Source: an uncultured Eubacteriales bacterium
GTDB taxonomy: Bacteria; Bacillota; Clostridia; RGIG6154
Assembly (NCBI GenBank): GCA_964492155.1
Contig: CAZBJD010000003.1
Location: 1-43,104 of the forward strand
Length of the DNA stretch: 43,104 nucleotides
Direction of reading: 5' to 3'
How positions within the stretch are numbered: position 1 is the first letter of the stretch; each line of letters starts with the position of its first letter. The translations under genes were made by a program, and so were the position numbers. Of the stretch, positions 8,964 through 17,402 are shown one piece after another. The notes beneath the pieces were generated by a model that saw nothing but the letters and a program-made list of their open reading frames with translations, was not told the DNA's origin and made no database searches.

Positions 8964-9863
8964 TTATTTTGCACACTCCAACATTCTGTCAAGAGGAAGC
9001 AGGGCATTAAGCCGAGTTTCTTCATCAATTTTTACTTCGTTGTTTTCGCTTTTTAAAACATTAAGCACCTTGTCTATGGTGTTCTTTTTCATATTTTCAC
9101 ATACAGGGCATGGTTCCACAAAATAAAAGCTTTTGTTTGGGTTGCTTTCGTTTAATTTGTATGATACGCCGTGCTCCGTGCAGATAATAAACTCCTTTTC
9201 TTTTGAAAGGCTTGTATAATCGATGATGCCGGCGGTACTTCCGATATAGTCCGACAGCTCCAGAACTTCTTTTACGCACTCGGGGTGAGAAAGCACAAGA
9301 GCGTTAGGGTGCTTTTGTTTTTCCTGCAGTACCTGATTGGCGGTGATGGCTTTGTGACGCGGGCAATAGCCGTTATTCAGTATAACATTCTTTTCAGGCA
9401 CCTGCTCTGCCACATACCGCCCCAAATTTTCATCGGGTATGAAAAATATGTTTTTATTTGGCAGTGATTTCACAATCTTCACTGCATTTGAGGAGGTAAC
9501 ACACACATCGCTTTGGCATTTAAGTTCTGCCGTTGAATTAACATAGCAAACAACTGCCAGATTATCATACTTTTTACGCATTTCATCAATGATGCCAGGT
9601 GCTACCATATGTGCCATAGGGCAATCTGCAGTAAGGTCAGGCATAAGTACCTTCTTGTCGGGGTTGAGTATCTTTGCACTTTCTCCCATAAAGGACACGC
9701 CGCAAAACACGATAATATCGGCTTCAGTTTGCTTTGCAATTTTTGCAAGATAAAAGGAGTCGCCGATATAGTCTGCAATTTCCTGCACTTCGGCAGGTGC
9801 GTAATAGTGTGCAAGAATTACAGCGTTCTTTTCAGATTTGAGTTTTTCAATTTGTTTTTTCAT
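8964..9863 (-). CDS. nadA: Quinolinate synthase, NadA
   Basis: Typical NadA sequence (ILAHYY...EVQEIADYIGDS, FCGVSFMGESAKILNP, CPMA, SHPEC, CP.C..M). Confidence 0.92.
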   Translation of the reverse strand: MKKQIEKLKSEKNAVILAHYYAPAEVQEIADYIGDSFYLAKIAKQTEADIIVFCGVSFMGESAKILNPDKKVLMPDLTADCPMAHMVAPGIIDEMRKKYDNLAVVCYVNSTAELKCQSDVCVTSSNAVKIVKSLPNKNIFFIPDENLGRYVAEQVPEKNVILNNGYCPRHKAITANQVLQEKQKHPNALVLSHPECVKEVLELSDYIGSTAGIIDYTSLSKEKEFIICTEHGVSYKLNESNPNKSFYFVEPCPVCENMKKNTIDKVLNVLKSENNEVKIDEETRLNALLPLDRMLECAK

Positions 9864-9905
9864 TATTGCATTTCACCTCAAGAATAACAAACATAACATT
9901 TACAT

Positions 9906-9948
9906 ATTTTAACACATAAGGTTTACATCTGTCAAGTTATCTGTAAAC
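9906..9948 (-). promoter_or_regulatory. nadA operon promoter (TTGACA-18-TGtTAAAAT) with 7-bp-arm palindrome GTTTACA-N14-TGTAAAC centred on the -35; candidate NiaR operator
   Basis: On the minus strand, TTGACA is at 9935-9930 and TAAAAT at 9911-9906. The inverted repeat spans 9921-9927 and 9942-9948 and brackets the -35 box. Confidence 0.5.
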
Positions 9949-10023
9949 TTTCCTGTAAAAAAGCCCCCGACCCGACAATGCAATCAAAACTTGAAGCCTT
10001 AGTTCTCTGTAATCTTGTTGTAT

Positions 10024-10064
10024 AAAAAAAGAACTGTACCGCATTGTTTCACAGTTCTTTTTTT
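10024..10064 (-). terminator. Rho-independent terminator downstream of the HD-hydrolase gene
   Basis: 12-bp stem aaaaagaactgt/acagttcttttt with a 13-nt loop. A T-run follows on the minus strand. Confidence 0.7.
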
Positions 10065-10067
10065 AAA

Positions 10068-10661
10068 TCATTCGTTTATGAGATTGCCCTTTTTAACATT
10101 ATTTTCAATGAGTGCTTTTGTGTATTCCCAGATTTCTTCCGAACCGTCTTTTGATGTCTTTTGACGGTTTGCAACCTGAGATTTTTTGATTTTACGTATT
10201 TTCCAATCCTCGCCGTTGTTGGAATCGTTGAGCAATATCGGCTGAAAGTTATCCATAACACGTACAAATTTTGCTTCCGGTGTTTTAACGGCGTTAAACT
10301 CTTTAAAAAGCTCAATCAACTCCTCTTTTTGTTCATTGGGGAGTATGCCGAAAATGCGGTTAGCAGCCTTTTCTTCTCTTTCTTCCTGAGTTTCGAGATT
10401 TTCATAATCATAGGCATAAGTATCACCTGCATCAATCTCTGCAATATCGTGTATCAACGCCATCATCATTGCTTTGGCAACATCAAATTCTTCGTTGGCG
10501 TACTCTTTTAAAAGATATATCATTACAGCCATATGCCAGGCATGTTCTGCATCATTTTCCTGCCTGCTGTAGCCTTTCAAATGTGTCTGCCTGAAAATTT
10601 CTTTTTCCTTATCTATTTCAAGAATAAAATCCAGTTGTTTTTGAAATCGTTCTTTATCCAT
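10068..10661 (-). CDS. HD-domain phosphohydrolase (YfbR-like 5'-nucleotidase family)
   Basis: Metal-binding motifs ENDAEHAWH and LIHDIAEIDAGD. Confidence 0.8.
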   Translation of the reverse strand: MDKERFQKQLDFILEIDKEKEIFRQTHLKGYSRQENDAEHAWHMAVMIYLLKEYANEEFDVAKAMMMALIHDIAEIDAGDTYAYDYENLETQEEREEKAANRIFGILPNEQKEELIELFKEFNAVKTPEAKFVRVMDNFQPILLNDSNNGEDWKIRKIKKSQVANRQKTSKDGSEEIWEYTKALIENNVKKGNLINE

Positions 10662-10720
10662 AAATGCATTCCTCCTGTTAACATAAGTAAAAATGTTTGC
10701 GAAGCAAGACTACTGCATAT

Positions 10721-10748
10721 ATTATATCATAAATTATCATTTATGCAA
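10721..10748 (-). promoter_or_regulatory. Candidate sigma-A promoter of the HD-hydrolase gene (TTGCAT-16-TGaTATAAT)
   Basis: On the minus strand, -35 is at 10748-10743 and the extended -10 at 10726-10721. Confidence 0.45.
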
Positions 10749-10759
10749 ATTACAAAATG

Positions 10760-10797
10760 AAAAACCCCTCCTGCGGTTATAAAACACAGGAGGGTTG
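10760..10797 (-). terminator. Rho-independent terminator after the anti-sigma gene
   Basis: Stem aacccctcctg/caggagggtt (one bulge), followed on the minus strand by TTTTTCATTTT. Confidence 0.65.
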
Positions 10798-10808
10798 CTT
10801 GCTTTTAA

Positions 10809-11816
10809 TTATTCGCTTTTAACCAAAACTTCTATTTTGTGAGGCTTGCTTTCGTCTAAAAGCAAGAAGTTCGACTCAAACGGAATTAAGTTGTCGTTCA
10901 TCTTTTGTTCCACCTGATGGAAAAAATACGAATTGTCCGATAAAAGCTGCTTTGCTTTTTCTAAGTCTTGTTCTGATACATAGATTTGGGCATTTAAAGT
11001 TGTTTGTTCTTGCTGCACAGAATTACCCTGAACAGGTTCAGAAATGCCCGCCATACGTGAGTATGCCGACGAGCCTCCTCCGCCGCCTGATGCAGCTCCG
11101 TTATCACTGCCGTTTTTGTTGTCTTCGGCATTGATGGCAACATATTCTGCCGATTGGTCAGAAACCGCTGTTTGTGCCGCAGGTGCGGGCGTATTTTGTT
11201 CTTGTACGGACTCAGGTTCGGGCAGAGCCGCATTGTCCGACGGGATTACAACATCTGAAGATGTTGTTTCAGTTTTTACTTCAACAGGTTTAGATACATT
11301 CTGAACAGGTTGGTTTTGAATTTTAACATCAGCCTGTTGCTTGGCACTGCTGCCTGAAGACGGGATATCGGAAGTTGCGGCAGGTTCAGTCTTATCAGCC
11401 TCGTCTGAAGATTTTTGCTCCGCCACAGTTAAAGTTTGCTGACTGTATGTGCCCTGATTTATCTGCTCGGGCAGATATTTATCATCCTGCCAGAGACCGC
11501 TTTTAAGCACAAAAGCGAATACGAACACTGCTGCAATTGATGTGTATACGCGATAGTTCTTGTAGAAAGGCACAACCTTTTTTTCCTGTTCTTCGTTTTT
11601 TTTCTTAAATTCTGTGAAATCCGCAAGAAGTGTTTCGGGAACGGGCATAGGTGGAGTGTTATTAAAAACTTCTTTGGTTTTTAATATAAAATCAAGCTTT
11701 TGTTTGCAGCTTTCACATTCTGCAATGTGTTTTTCGGCCAAAGCTTTTTCCTCGCTGGTAACTTCGCCGTCTGCATATGCACTTATAAGCTCTGAATACT
11801 TACTGCAATTACTCAT
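10809..11816 (-). CDS. Anti-sigma factor (zf-HC2 N-terminal domain, one TM helix, long low-complexity extracytoplasmic region)
   Basis: N-terminus CSKYSELISAYADGEVTSEEKALAEKHIAECESCKQ is the zf-HC2 anti-sigma motif. TM helix is VYTSIAAVFVFAFVL. ATG at 11816 is 6 nt after GGGAGGG; the ORF track starts at TTG 11834. Confidence 0.75.
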   Translation of the reverse strand: MSNCSKYSELISAYADGEVTSEEKALAEKHIAECESCKQKLDFILKTKEVFNNTPPMPVPETLLADFTEFKKKNEEQEKKVVPFYKNYRVYTSIAAVFVFAFVLKSGLWQDDKYLPEQINQGTYSQQTLTVAEQKSSDEADKTEPAATSDIPSSGSSAKQQADVKIQNQPVQNVSKPVEVKTETTSSDVVIPSDNAALPEPESVQEQNTPAPAAQTAVSDQSAEYVAINAEDNKNGSDNGAASGGGGGSSAYSRMAGISEPVQGNSVQQEQTTLNAQIYVSEQDLEKAKQLLSDNSYFFHQVEQKMNDNLIPFESNFLLLDESKPHKIEVLVKSE

Positions 11817-11874
11817 TGTTTGCCCTCCCTTCAATATAATAAAGTTTGTTTTCGTAATTTAAGACGTACCGGGT

Positions 11875-12441
11875 TTAAAAAAGTTCCTTATTTTTTGAAA
11901 TAATTTCATAAAGTGCGTTTCTTGCACGATTGATTCTTGATTTTACAGTGCCTGTACTGCACATCAGGACTTCTGCAATTTCGTCGTATGAAAGCCCGTT
12001 AATGTCACGAAGCACCAAAACCGCCTTGTGATTGGGACTTAATTTGTCAAGTGCCTGATGCACCATTTTTTTTGTTTCTTCCGACTCTAAAAGCTCCTGT
12101 GGAGTGGGTGAGTCATCCTTTATATTTTCAATATATGAATCTCCTTCGTTGCCCATCTCGGCGTTAAGAGAATATACATTGCCCTTCCTGTGCTTTTTAA
12201 TATAATCAAGTGCGGTGTTGGTAACAATTCTGTAAATCCATGTTGTAAACTTTGATTTGCCTTCAAAATACTTGATGTTTTTATAGATTTTGAGCAAGGT
12301 TTCCTGAGTTATATCGTAAGCATCGTCCTGATTTGAACAGATTTTAAATGCTGTGTTGTAAATTATGCTTTGATGCTTTATTACAATCTGTTCAAAGGCT
12401 GCCATATCACCCTGTTTAGCTTTTTCAATCAAACTATCCAA
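11875..12441 (-). CDS. ECF-type RNA polymerase sigma-70 family factor
   Basis: Region 2 (DDAYDITQETLLKIYKNIKYF...FTTWIYRIVTNTALDYIKK) and region 4 (LSYDEIAEVLMCSTGTVKSRINRARNAL). TTG start 10 nt after AAGGAGG. Confidence 0.85.
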   Translation of the reverse strand: MDSLIEKAKQGDMAAFEQIVIKHQSIIYNTAFKICSNQDDAYDITQETLLKIYKNIKYFEGKSKFTTWIYRIVTNTALDYIKKHRKGNVYSLNAEMGNEGDSYIENIKDDSPTPQELLESEETKKMVHQALDKLSPNHKAVLVLRDINGLSYDEIAEVLMCSTGTVKSRINRARNALYEIISKNKELF

Positions 12442-12478
12442 TTTTACCGCACCTCCTTTATATTATTTTTGTAAAAAA

Positions 12479-13636
12479 TCAGCCGTTTAAAAGCTTATCC
12501 AATGAAGTTTCGCTCATTTCTCCGGTTTTTAAGTTACGCATTACGGCGGTTTCTTCATTTACCCATATCACAACGGTAATGCCTTTTTCTTCGCCATATT
12601 CTATAGCTTCTGCCATAGATGCGCCTGAAACATAGTCTTCAACCTTAAGTCCTTGTGCACGCAGACCGAAAGAAACTTTGTATGCAAGCTTTGGAATGTC
12701 AGATGCAACAACTGCGATTGGTAAAAGCTTTGAATCTGTTTCGGAGTCTGAGTAAACAAGCTCTGTGATTTTGCTTGTTTCGAGATATCCGCCAACGGTT
12801 GGAATATTTCTTCCGAAGCCTTTGCAAAGAGTATTGCTTCTGCCGCCGCCGCAAACTGCAAAATCCTCGGTTTTGTTAACAGTGCCTTTGAAAACCATAC
12901 CTGTGTAATATTCGGGATAGTCTGCGATTGACAAATCAACCGAAATATATTTTTCCATATCATAGTCGCACAAAAGCTTGTAAATTCTCTTGATGTTTGC
13001 AAGTGCGTTTTTAGCATCGGCACCTAAAATTTCAGTGTTGATTTCATCATAAATATTAAGGTCGCCGAAAAGCGTGGGAACAGACATTATCAAATCCTTG
13101 TAATCTTCGGGCACACTGCTTTTGCTGAGATAATTTTCAATCTTTGCAGCATTGTTTTCGTTGATTAACGCTTTTAACTCACTTGCGTCAAGCTCAAGAC
13201 TTTTTGCAATACCGCCTAAAAAAGCGGCGTTTGAAATTCCGATTGTAAATTCTGTCATTCCTATTCCGAGAAGGGAGTTAATCATAACGGAGATAACCTC
13301 TGCGTCGGCTTTCGGATTGTTTTCGCCTGCAAGCTCAACACCCAGCAAAGAAATTTCACCCACATCGCTGCCAAGATAAGAAGTATTTCTGCACACATTT
13401 CCCTGACAGTATACACGTTCGGGTAAAACACAGTCTTTGAGCTGGACGGCAAATGCTTTTGCAGCACCGGTTGCAATATCAGAGCGTACGCCCGACAAAT
13501 CTGCACTTAAAACGGGGATGTCAAGTTCGTTATAACAATAGCTTTCAAAAATTCCTATTATATTTTTTTCAATGCTTCTTTTAAGCGAGCATTTTGAGCC
13601 CGAAAAAATAAGCGGTTCATAACTTGTATTTTTCAT
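12479..13636 (-). CDS. Histidyl-tRNA-synthetase-like / HisZ-like class II aaRS paralog (probably non-catalytic)
   Basis: Colinear with the HisRS/HisZ core (IFESYCYNELDIPVL..., CGGGRSNTLCKGFGRNIPTVGGYLE) plus an anticodon-binding-like C-terminal alpha/beta domain. Motif-2 arginines look degenerate. Confidence 0.55.
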   Translation of the reverse strand: MKNTSYEPLIFSGSKCSLKRSIEKNIIGIFESYCYNELDIPVLSADLSGVRSDIATGAAKAFAVQLKDCVLPERVYCQGNVCRNTSYLGSDVGEISLLGVELAGENNPKADAEVISVMINSLLGIGMTEFTIGISNAAFLGGIAKSLELDASELKALINENNAAKIENYLSKSSVPEDYKDLIMSVPTLFGDLNIYDEINTEILGADAKNALANIKRIYKLLCDYDMEKYISVDLSIADYPEYYTGMVFKGTVNKTEDFAVCGGGRSNTLCKGFGRNIPTVGGYLETSKITELVYSDSETDSKLLPIAVVASDIPKLAYKVSFGLRAQGLKVEDYVSGASMAEAIEYGEEKGITVVIWVNEETAVMRNLKTGEMSETSLDKLLNG

Positions 13637-13749
13637 AGTACACCTCTTTCTACAGTATACAGATTTTTAAGGATTTTGTCAATAATATCTTGCTTTTTTT
13701 AATGAGATATGGTAGTATATAGTAAAGTCAATTTACGAGGTGAATCAGT

Positions 13750-14919
13750 ATGAAAATTTTATTTATGGGAGATGCCAATTTTTCAAGATTGGAAACCCCG
13801 CTTACACATGAAACATCAAAAGAATTGTTAAGCGAGGTTAAGCCCTATCTTGATGAGGCGGATTTCAGAGTTGTAAATATGGAAGAACCTATGGGTGATA
13901 AAGACAAATATGAACCGATTTCAAAGTCAGGCCCCAATCTTATTTCATCTGCAGAAAACATTTGCTTTTATGAAGAATTGGGGGCAGATATTACAACTCT
14001 TGCCAACAACCATATCGGTGATTTCGGCGAGGAAGCAACAATTGATACATTAAAGCTTATCAAAGAACACAATATGAGATACATAGGTGCAGGAAAGAAT
14101 ATCGAAGAAGCATATAGTGCCGAAATCGTTGAAAAAGACGGAATTAAGGTTTCTATGATGTCAATCTGCGAAAACGAGTTTGGTATAGCGGAAAAAGATA
14201 AAGCAGGCTCTGCAGGATATAATGCCTTAAGACTTTGCAAGAGAATTAAGGAAGAAAAGCAAAAGGCTGATTATGTAGTAATCGTTTTCCATGGCGGAGA
14301 TGAAGAAAATCCTATCCCGTCACCCGATTGTGTTGAAAGATACAGACTTATTATCGAATTCGGTGCAGATGCGATTATTGCAATGCACACACATTGCCCG
14401 CAGGGTTATGAATATTACAACGGCAAGCCTATTGTTTACAGTATGGGTAATTTTGTATTCCAGACAGGAAGCGGCATTGCAGACGGTAAAGTCGATGTAA
14501 CCCGCCCGTGGTTTTATGGATATATGACAATGCTTGACGTAACCAAAGACGGTATTTCAATAGAGCAGGTTATTCCTTACAGATTTGACTATCCTCTTAC
14601 AAAGGTTACTGTGTTTGAAGGCGAAGATAAGCAGAAAATGCTTGACTACATAAAAGAAATTTCTGATGTAATTCAGGATGATGAATTGATGTATAAGCAT
14701 TACATCGGATGGATGTCAAACAGATTTCAATGGAGAGTTGTGGGAGATCCCAGAGAAGTTACTGAGCAGAAAAAGCTTTGTGCATATAAAAATCTTTTAA
14801 CCTGCGAAGCTCACCATTCGTTTATAAAGCAAGCTTATAAGCTTTATATGAATCACGAGTTTGAGGATGCGGCTTCTCTTCATGAGGATGCTTGTAAACG
14901 TGCTAAAATGCCATTATAA
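13750..14919 (+). CDS. CapA-family metallophosphatase-like protein (PGA_cap domain)
   Basis: Motifs ILFMGD, LANNHIGDFG, VVIVFHGGDE, IIAMHTHCPQG, YSMGNF. Confidence 0.75.
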   Translation: MKILFMGDANFSRLETPLTHETSKELLSEVKPYLDEADFRVVNMEEPMGDKDKYEPISKSGPNLISSAENICFYEELGADITTLANNHIGDFGEEATIDTLKLIKEHNMRYIGAGKNIEEAYSAEIVEKDGIKVSMMSICENEFGIAEKDKAGSAGYNALRLCKRIKEEKQKADYVVIVFHGGDEENPIPSPDCVERYRLIIEFGADAIIAMHTHCPQGYEYYNGKPIVYSMGNFVFQTGSGIADGKVDVTRPWFYGYMTMLDVTKDGISIEQVIPYRFDYPLTKVTVFEGEDKQKMLDYIKEISDVIQDDELMYKHYIGWMSNRFQWRVVGDPREVTEQKKLCAYKNLLTCEAHHSFIKQAYKLYMNHEFEDAASLHEDACKRAKMPL

Positions 14920-14932
14920 AAATTATAAAAGC

Positions 14933-14976
14933 AAAAGGGAATGTAAAAAACTTGAGTTTTTTACATTCCCTTTTTG
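14933..14976. terminator. Bidirectional hairpin terminator between convergent genes
   Basis: 18-bp stem aaaagggaatgtaaaaaa/ttttttacattccctttt with loop cttgag, flanked by A-run and T-run. Confidence 0.7.
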
Positions 14977-15009
14977 ATATTTTGAAATAACCTGTGCTGA
15001 CATTTGGTA

Positions 15010-17271
15010 TTACTGCTTATTCTTTTTGCCTAATGGGCACTGCTGAATACATCTTTCGATTATAATGTCTGTAAAGTTGGGGTTACCGTAGCACATTGTC
15101 TGAACTTTATCTTTTGCGGCAAGGGCTTCCTTTATTTTTTCATCGGTTATTTTTTCAGGAACCTCCATATCGGGTAAATTCCAACCAAGCTGAGCCGAGC
15201 CTGCACCCTCGCACATTGCAAGAGATCTTGACCACATACAGCGTGTTTCATCGCATTTCATTACCTTATAGCTTTCACCATCTCTTATTTCTACAGTTTC
15301 AAGCTTATCTGTAAGAAGTGCACTCATAGGACAAGCTGCAGCACAAGCTGTGCAATCCTCGGGGCACAAATCTGCTTTTACCGGGGTTGTTGCTTTTATC
15401 TCGGCATTTGTTAAAACAAACACATATCTCATACGGGGACCGCAGTCGGGGTGAACCAACATTCCGCTTTTTCCGATGCTTCCCAATCCTGCGGCTGCAG
15501 CATAAGGTGCATTTGCACGCATATCAGGCATATGTCTTCCGAGTTTGCCGATTGTTAAATATGAATCAGGCTCTAAATCAGGCATAGTTACGGCAAAGTA
15601 TCCCTGCTTGTTAAGCATGCTGCACAAATCTTCACCTGCCCACAAGCACTCTTTTAATATTTCATAGTGCATATAAGCATATGGTCCGCCGTCTTCTGCT
15701 TCCTGCTTACATGCAAGCTCGACGGTTCTTTCGGGAATTTCACACGCCAAGGCTATGATTGACTTGCAATCAGGATAGAGTTTTCTGATTTTATCCATTC
15801 CTTTATATGTAATTCCGTCAATACTTCCTGCACTGACCATTTCGATATCTTTGAAAATCGGCATATCGATATCTAATTCAAGCAGGTTATCCTGTTTCCA
15901 GTCATTTAAAATTCTTGTTTCTGATGCGAAGTCAATATTGCAGATTACAGAAGCACTGTATACTTTTTGCCCGTCTTCGGCCCAACCTGCATTTACAGCG
16001 TTCTGCTTTGATATACCGTTGATTTTTGCTTCAAAATCAGCATCGTGATTTGATATGCCCACATATGTCCAGTCCTGAATTGCTTCATAACCCAAATCGT
16101 CTAAATACCTTGTTACGTCAATAAGACAAGATGTCATTCTGTCAGTTGTTGGTCTTTCAATATGCAATGCATTTCTTTCTTCAAGGGGAACACTTCTGTC
16201 ATAATCATAAACAAGACGTCCGAATGTTATAACTGTATTGAATTTTTCAAAAAATTCATCTGTTCTGAAGCCGTCTTCAAAGACATTTTTCAAATTAACA
16301 AAATCAGAAAGCGGTGCTATTGCCATACGATCAGCCCCGTTTGCAACAGCCATTTTTATAATTCGGTTAAGCATTTCTTCTTTTGATATGCTTGACTTGT
16401 CTTTCTTTCTTCTTGCACCGGGACAATAACTCTTATCCCAATATCTCTTCTGCTTGTTCATACAGAATTTAAAGGATTTACACATATATCCTTTATTCGC
16501 AACTCGCGGAACGGTTTTTACAGCTTCGTATATTTTTTCTTCATCCATTTCAATGAACTCGGGAAGTCTTGTGGTGTCTAAGTGAGCCTGCTCACCGTAA
16601 AAACAACGCCAGCGGTTGATGTTCGGATAGCGGAATTTTTTGCCTTCAATTTCAAATTCAATAAATTTGGGGTCGTTTAATTTTTCCAAATCGTAATTCT
16701 GACCTATGCAGTTTCTCGCACACATTTTACACTGATCGCAAAGAGGCTCACCGTCATAAAGCGGGTCGGGGATAAGTTCTGCTGAAGTAATGATTGAAAT
16801 TATTCTTTCTCTTGGGCCATATTCGGGAGACATTACCATACCATGGTAGCCATATTCGCCTAATCCGCAAGCAACAAATGCTGCCATATGGCTGAAGGTT
16901 GCTGCATGTTCGTATGGAATATCTTTATATTTTCTGTGTCTCCAGTATGTAGTACATGGCTGAGCAATAGTAGGATATCCCTCTTTTTCAAGCATTTTTG
17001 CTATGCGGTAGCACATTGTGTCGAGCTTAGGGATCATACCAATCTGAAATGCTTCGGGGAAGTTGGGGTTAGGCTCTCCGCACCATTCAACAGAAGCATC
17101 AGGATGGTGAACACCAAAACATATAACAGATTTTGCCTCGGGAAGATGTGCTTTAGGATGAAGCATATGAGGCTGTCCGTCAAAACGCGATACGGGTGCT
17201 ATACCAACCATGTCAGCACCAAGGTCATAAGCCATTTGTTTTACTTTATCAGTAAGCTGTTTAATATCCAT
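15010..17271 (-). CDS. Cytoplasmic Fe-S protein made of three tandem QueG/reductive-dehalogenase-like modules (function unknown)
   Basis: The N-terminus KVKQMAYDLGADMVGIAPVSRF, then ACGLGEYGYHGMVMSPEYGPRERI followed by CDQCKMCARNC, is repeated near the C-terminus as AAAGLGSIGKSGMLVHPDCGPRMRY followed by CPEDCTACAAACP ... RCIQQCP. A degenerate middle copy starts IIKMAVANGADRMAIAPLSDF. No signal or Tat peptide. Confidence 0.6.
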   Translation of the reverse strand: MDIKQLTDKVKQMAYDLGADMVGIAPVSRFDGQPHMLHPKAHLPEAKSVICFGVHHPDASVEWCGEPNPNFPEAFQIGMIPKLDTMCYRIAKMLEKEGYPTIAQPCTTYWRHRKYKDIPYEHAATFSHMAAFVACGLGEYGYHGMVMSPEYGPRERIISIITSAELIPDPLYDGEPLCDQCKMCARNCIGQNYDLEKLNDPKFIEFEIEGKKFRYPNINRWRCFYGEQAHLDTTRLPEFIEMDEEKIYEAVKTVPRVANKGYMCKSFKFCMNKQKRYWDKSYCPGARRKKDKSSISKEEMLNRIIKMAVANGADRMAIAPLSDFVNLKNVFEDGFRTDEFFEKFNTVITFGRLVYDYDRSVPLEERNALHIERPTTDRMTSCLIDVTRYLDDLGYEAIQDWTYVGISNHDADFEAKINGISKQNAVNAGWAEDGQKVYSASVICNIDFASETRILNDWKQDNLLELDIDMPIFKDIEMVSAGSIDGITYKGMDKIRKLYPDCKSIIALACEIPERTVELACKQEAEDGGPYAYMHYEILKECLWAGEDLCSMLNKQGYFAVTMPDLEPDSYLTIGKLGRHMPDMRANAPYAAAAGLGSIGKSGMLVHPDCGPRMRYVFVLTNAEIKATTPVKADLCPEDCTACAAACPMSALLTDKLETVEIRDGESYKVMKCDETRCMWSRSLAMCEGAGSAQLGWNLPDMEVPEKITDEKIKEALAAKDKVQTMCYGNPNFTDIIIERCIQQCPLGKKNKQ

Positions 17272-17402
17272 TTATATTCTCCTTTTTATTGATTATACCT
17301 ACATTATAATATGTTTTTTCTCTGTATTAAATAGAAAAACTATAGATGTATATGGACTTTTTCTCTTTTTTGTGCTAATATATGAGTAAAAGGAGTGAGA
17401 AA

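Noticed and set aside
9864-10023. NAD+ (nadA-motif) riboswitch upstream of nadA
   Set aside because: The predicted 5' UTR is only about 35-40 nt. Regulation is better explained by the palindrome over the -35 box and the co-encoded NiaR.
11044-11304. 86-aa ORF antisense to the anti-sigma factor low-complexity region
   Set aside because: It arises from the repetitive Ala/Ser/Pro-coding region of the anti-sigma gene, and there is no independent support.
12601-13023. 140-aa alternative-frame ORF on the same strand inside the HisZ-like gene
   Set aside because: It is nested out of frame in a longer ORF that has recognisable aaRS-like motifs, and its composition looks non-protein-like.
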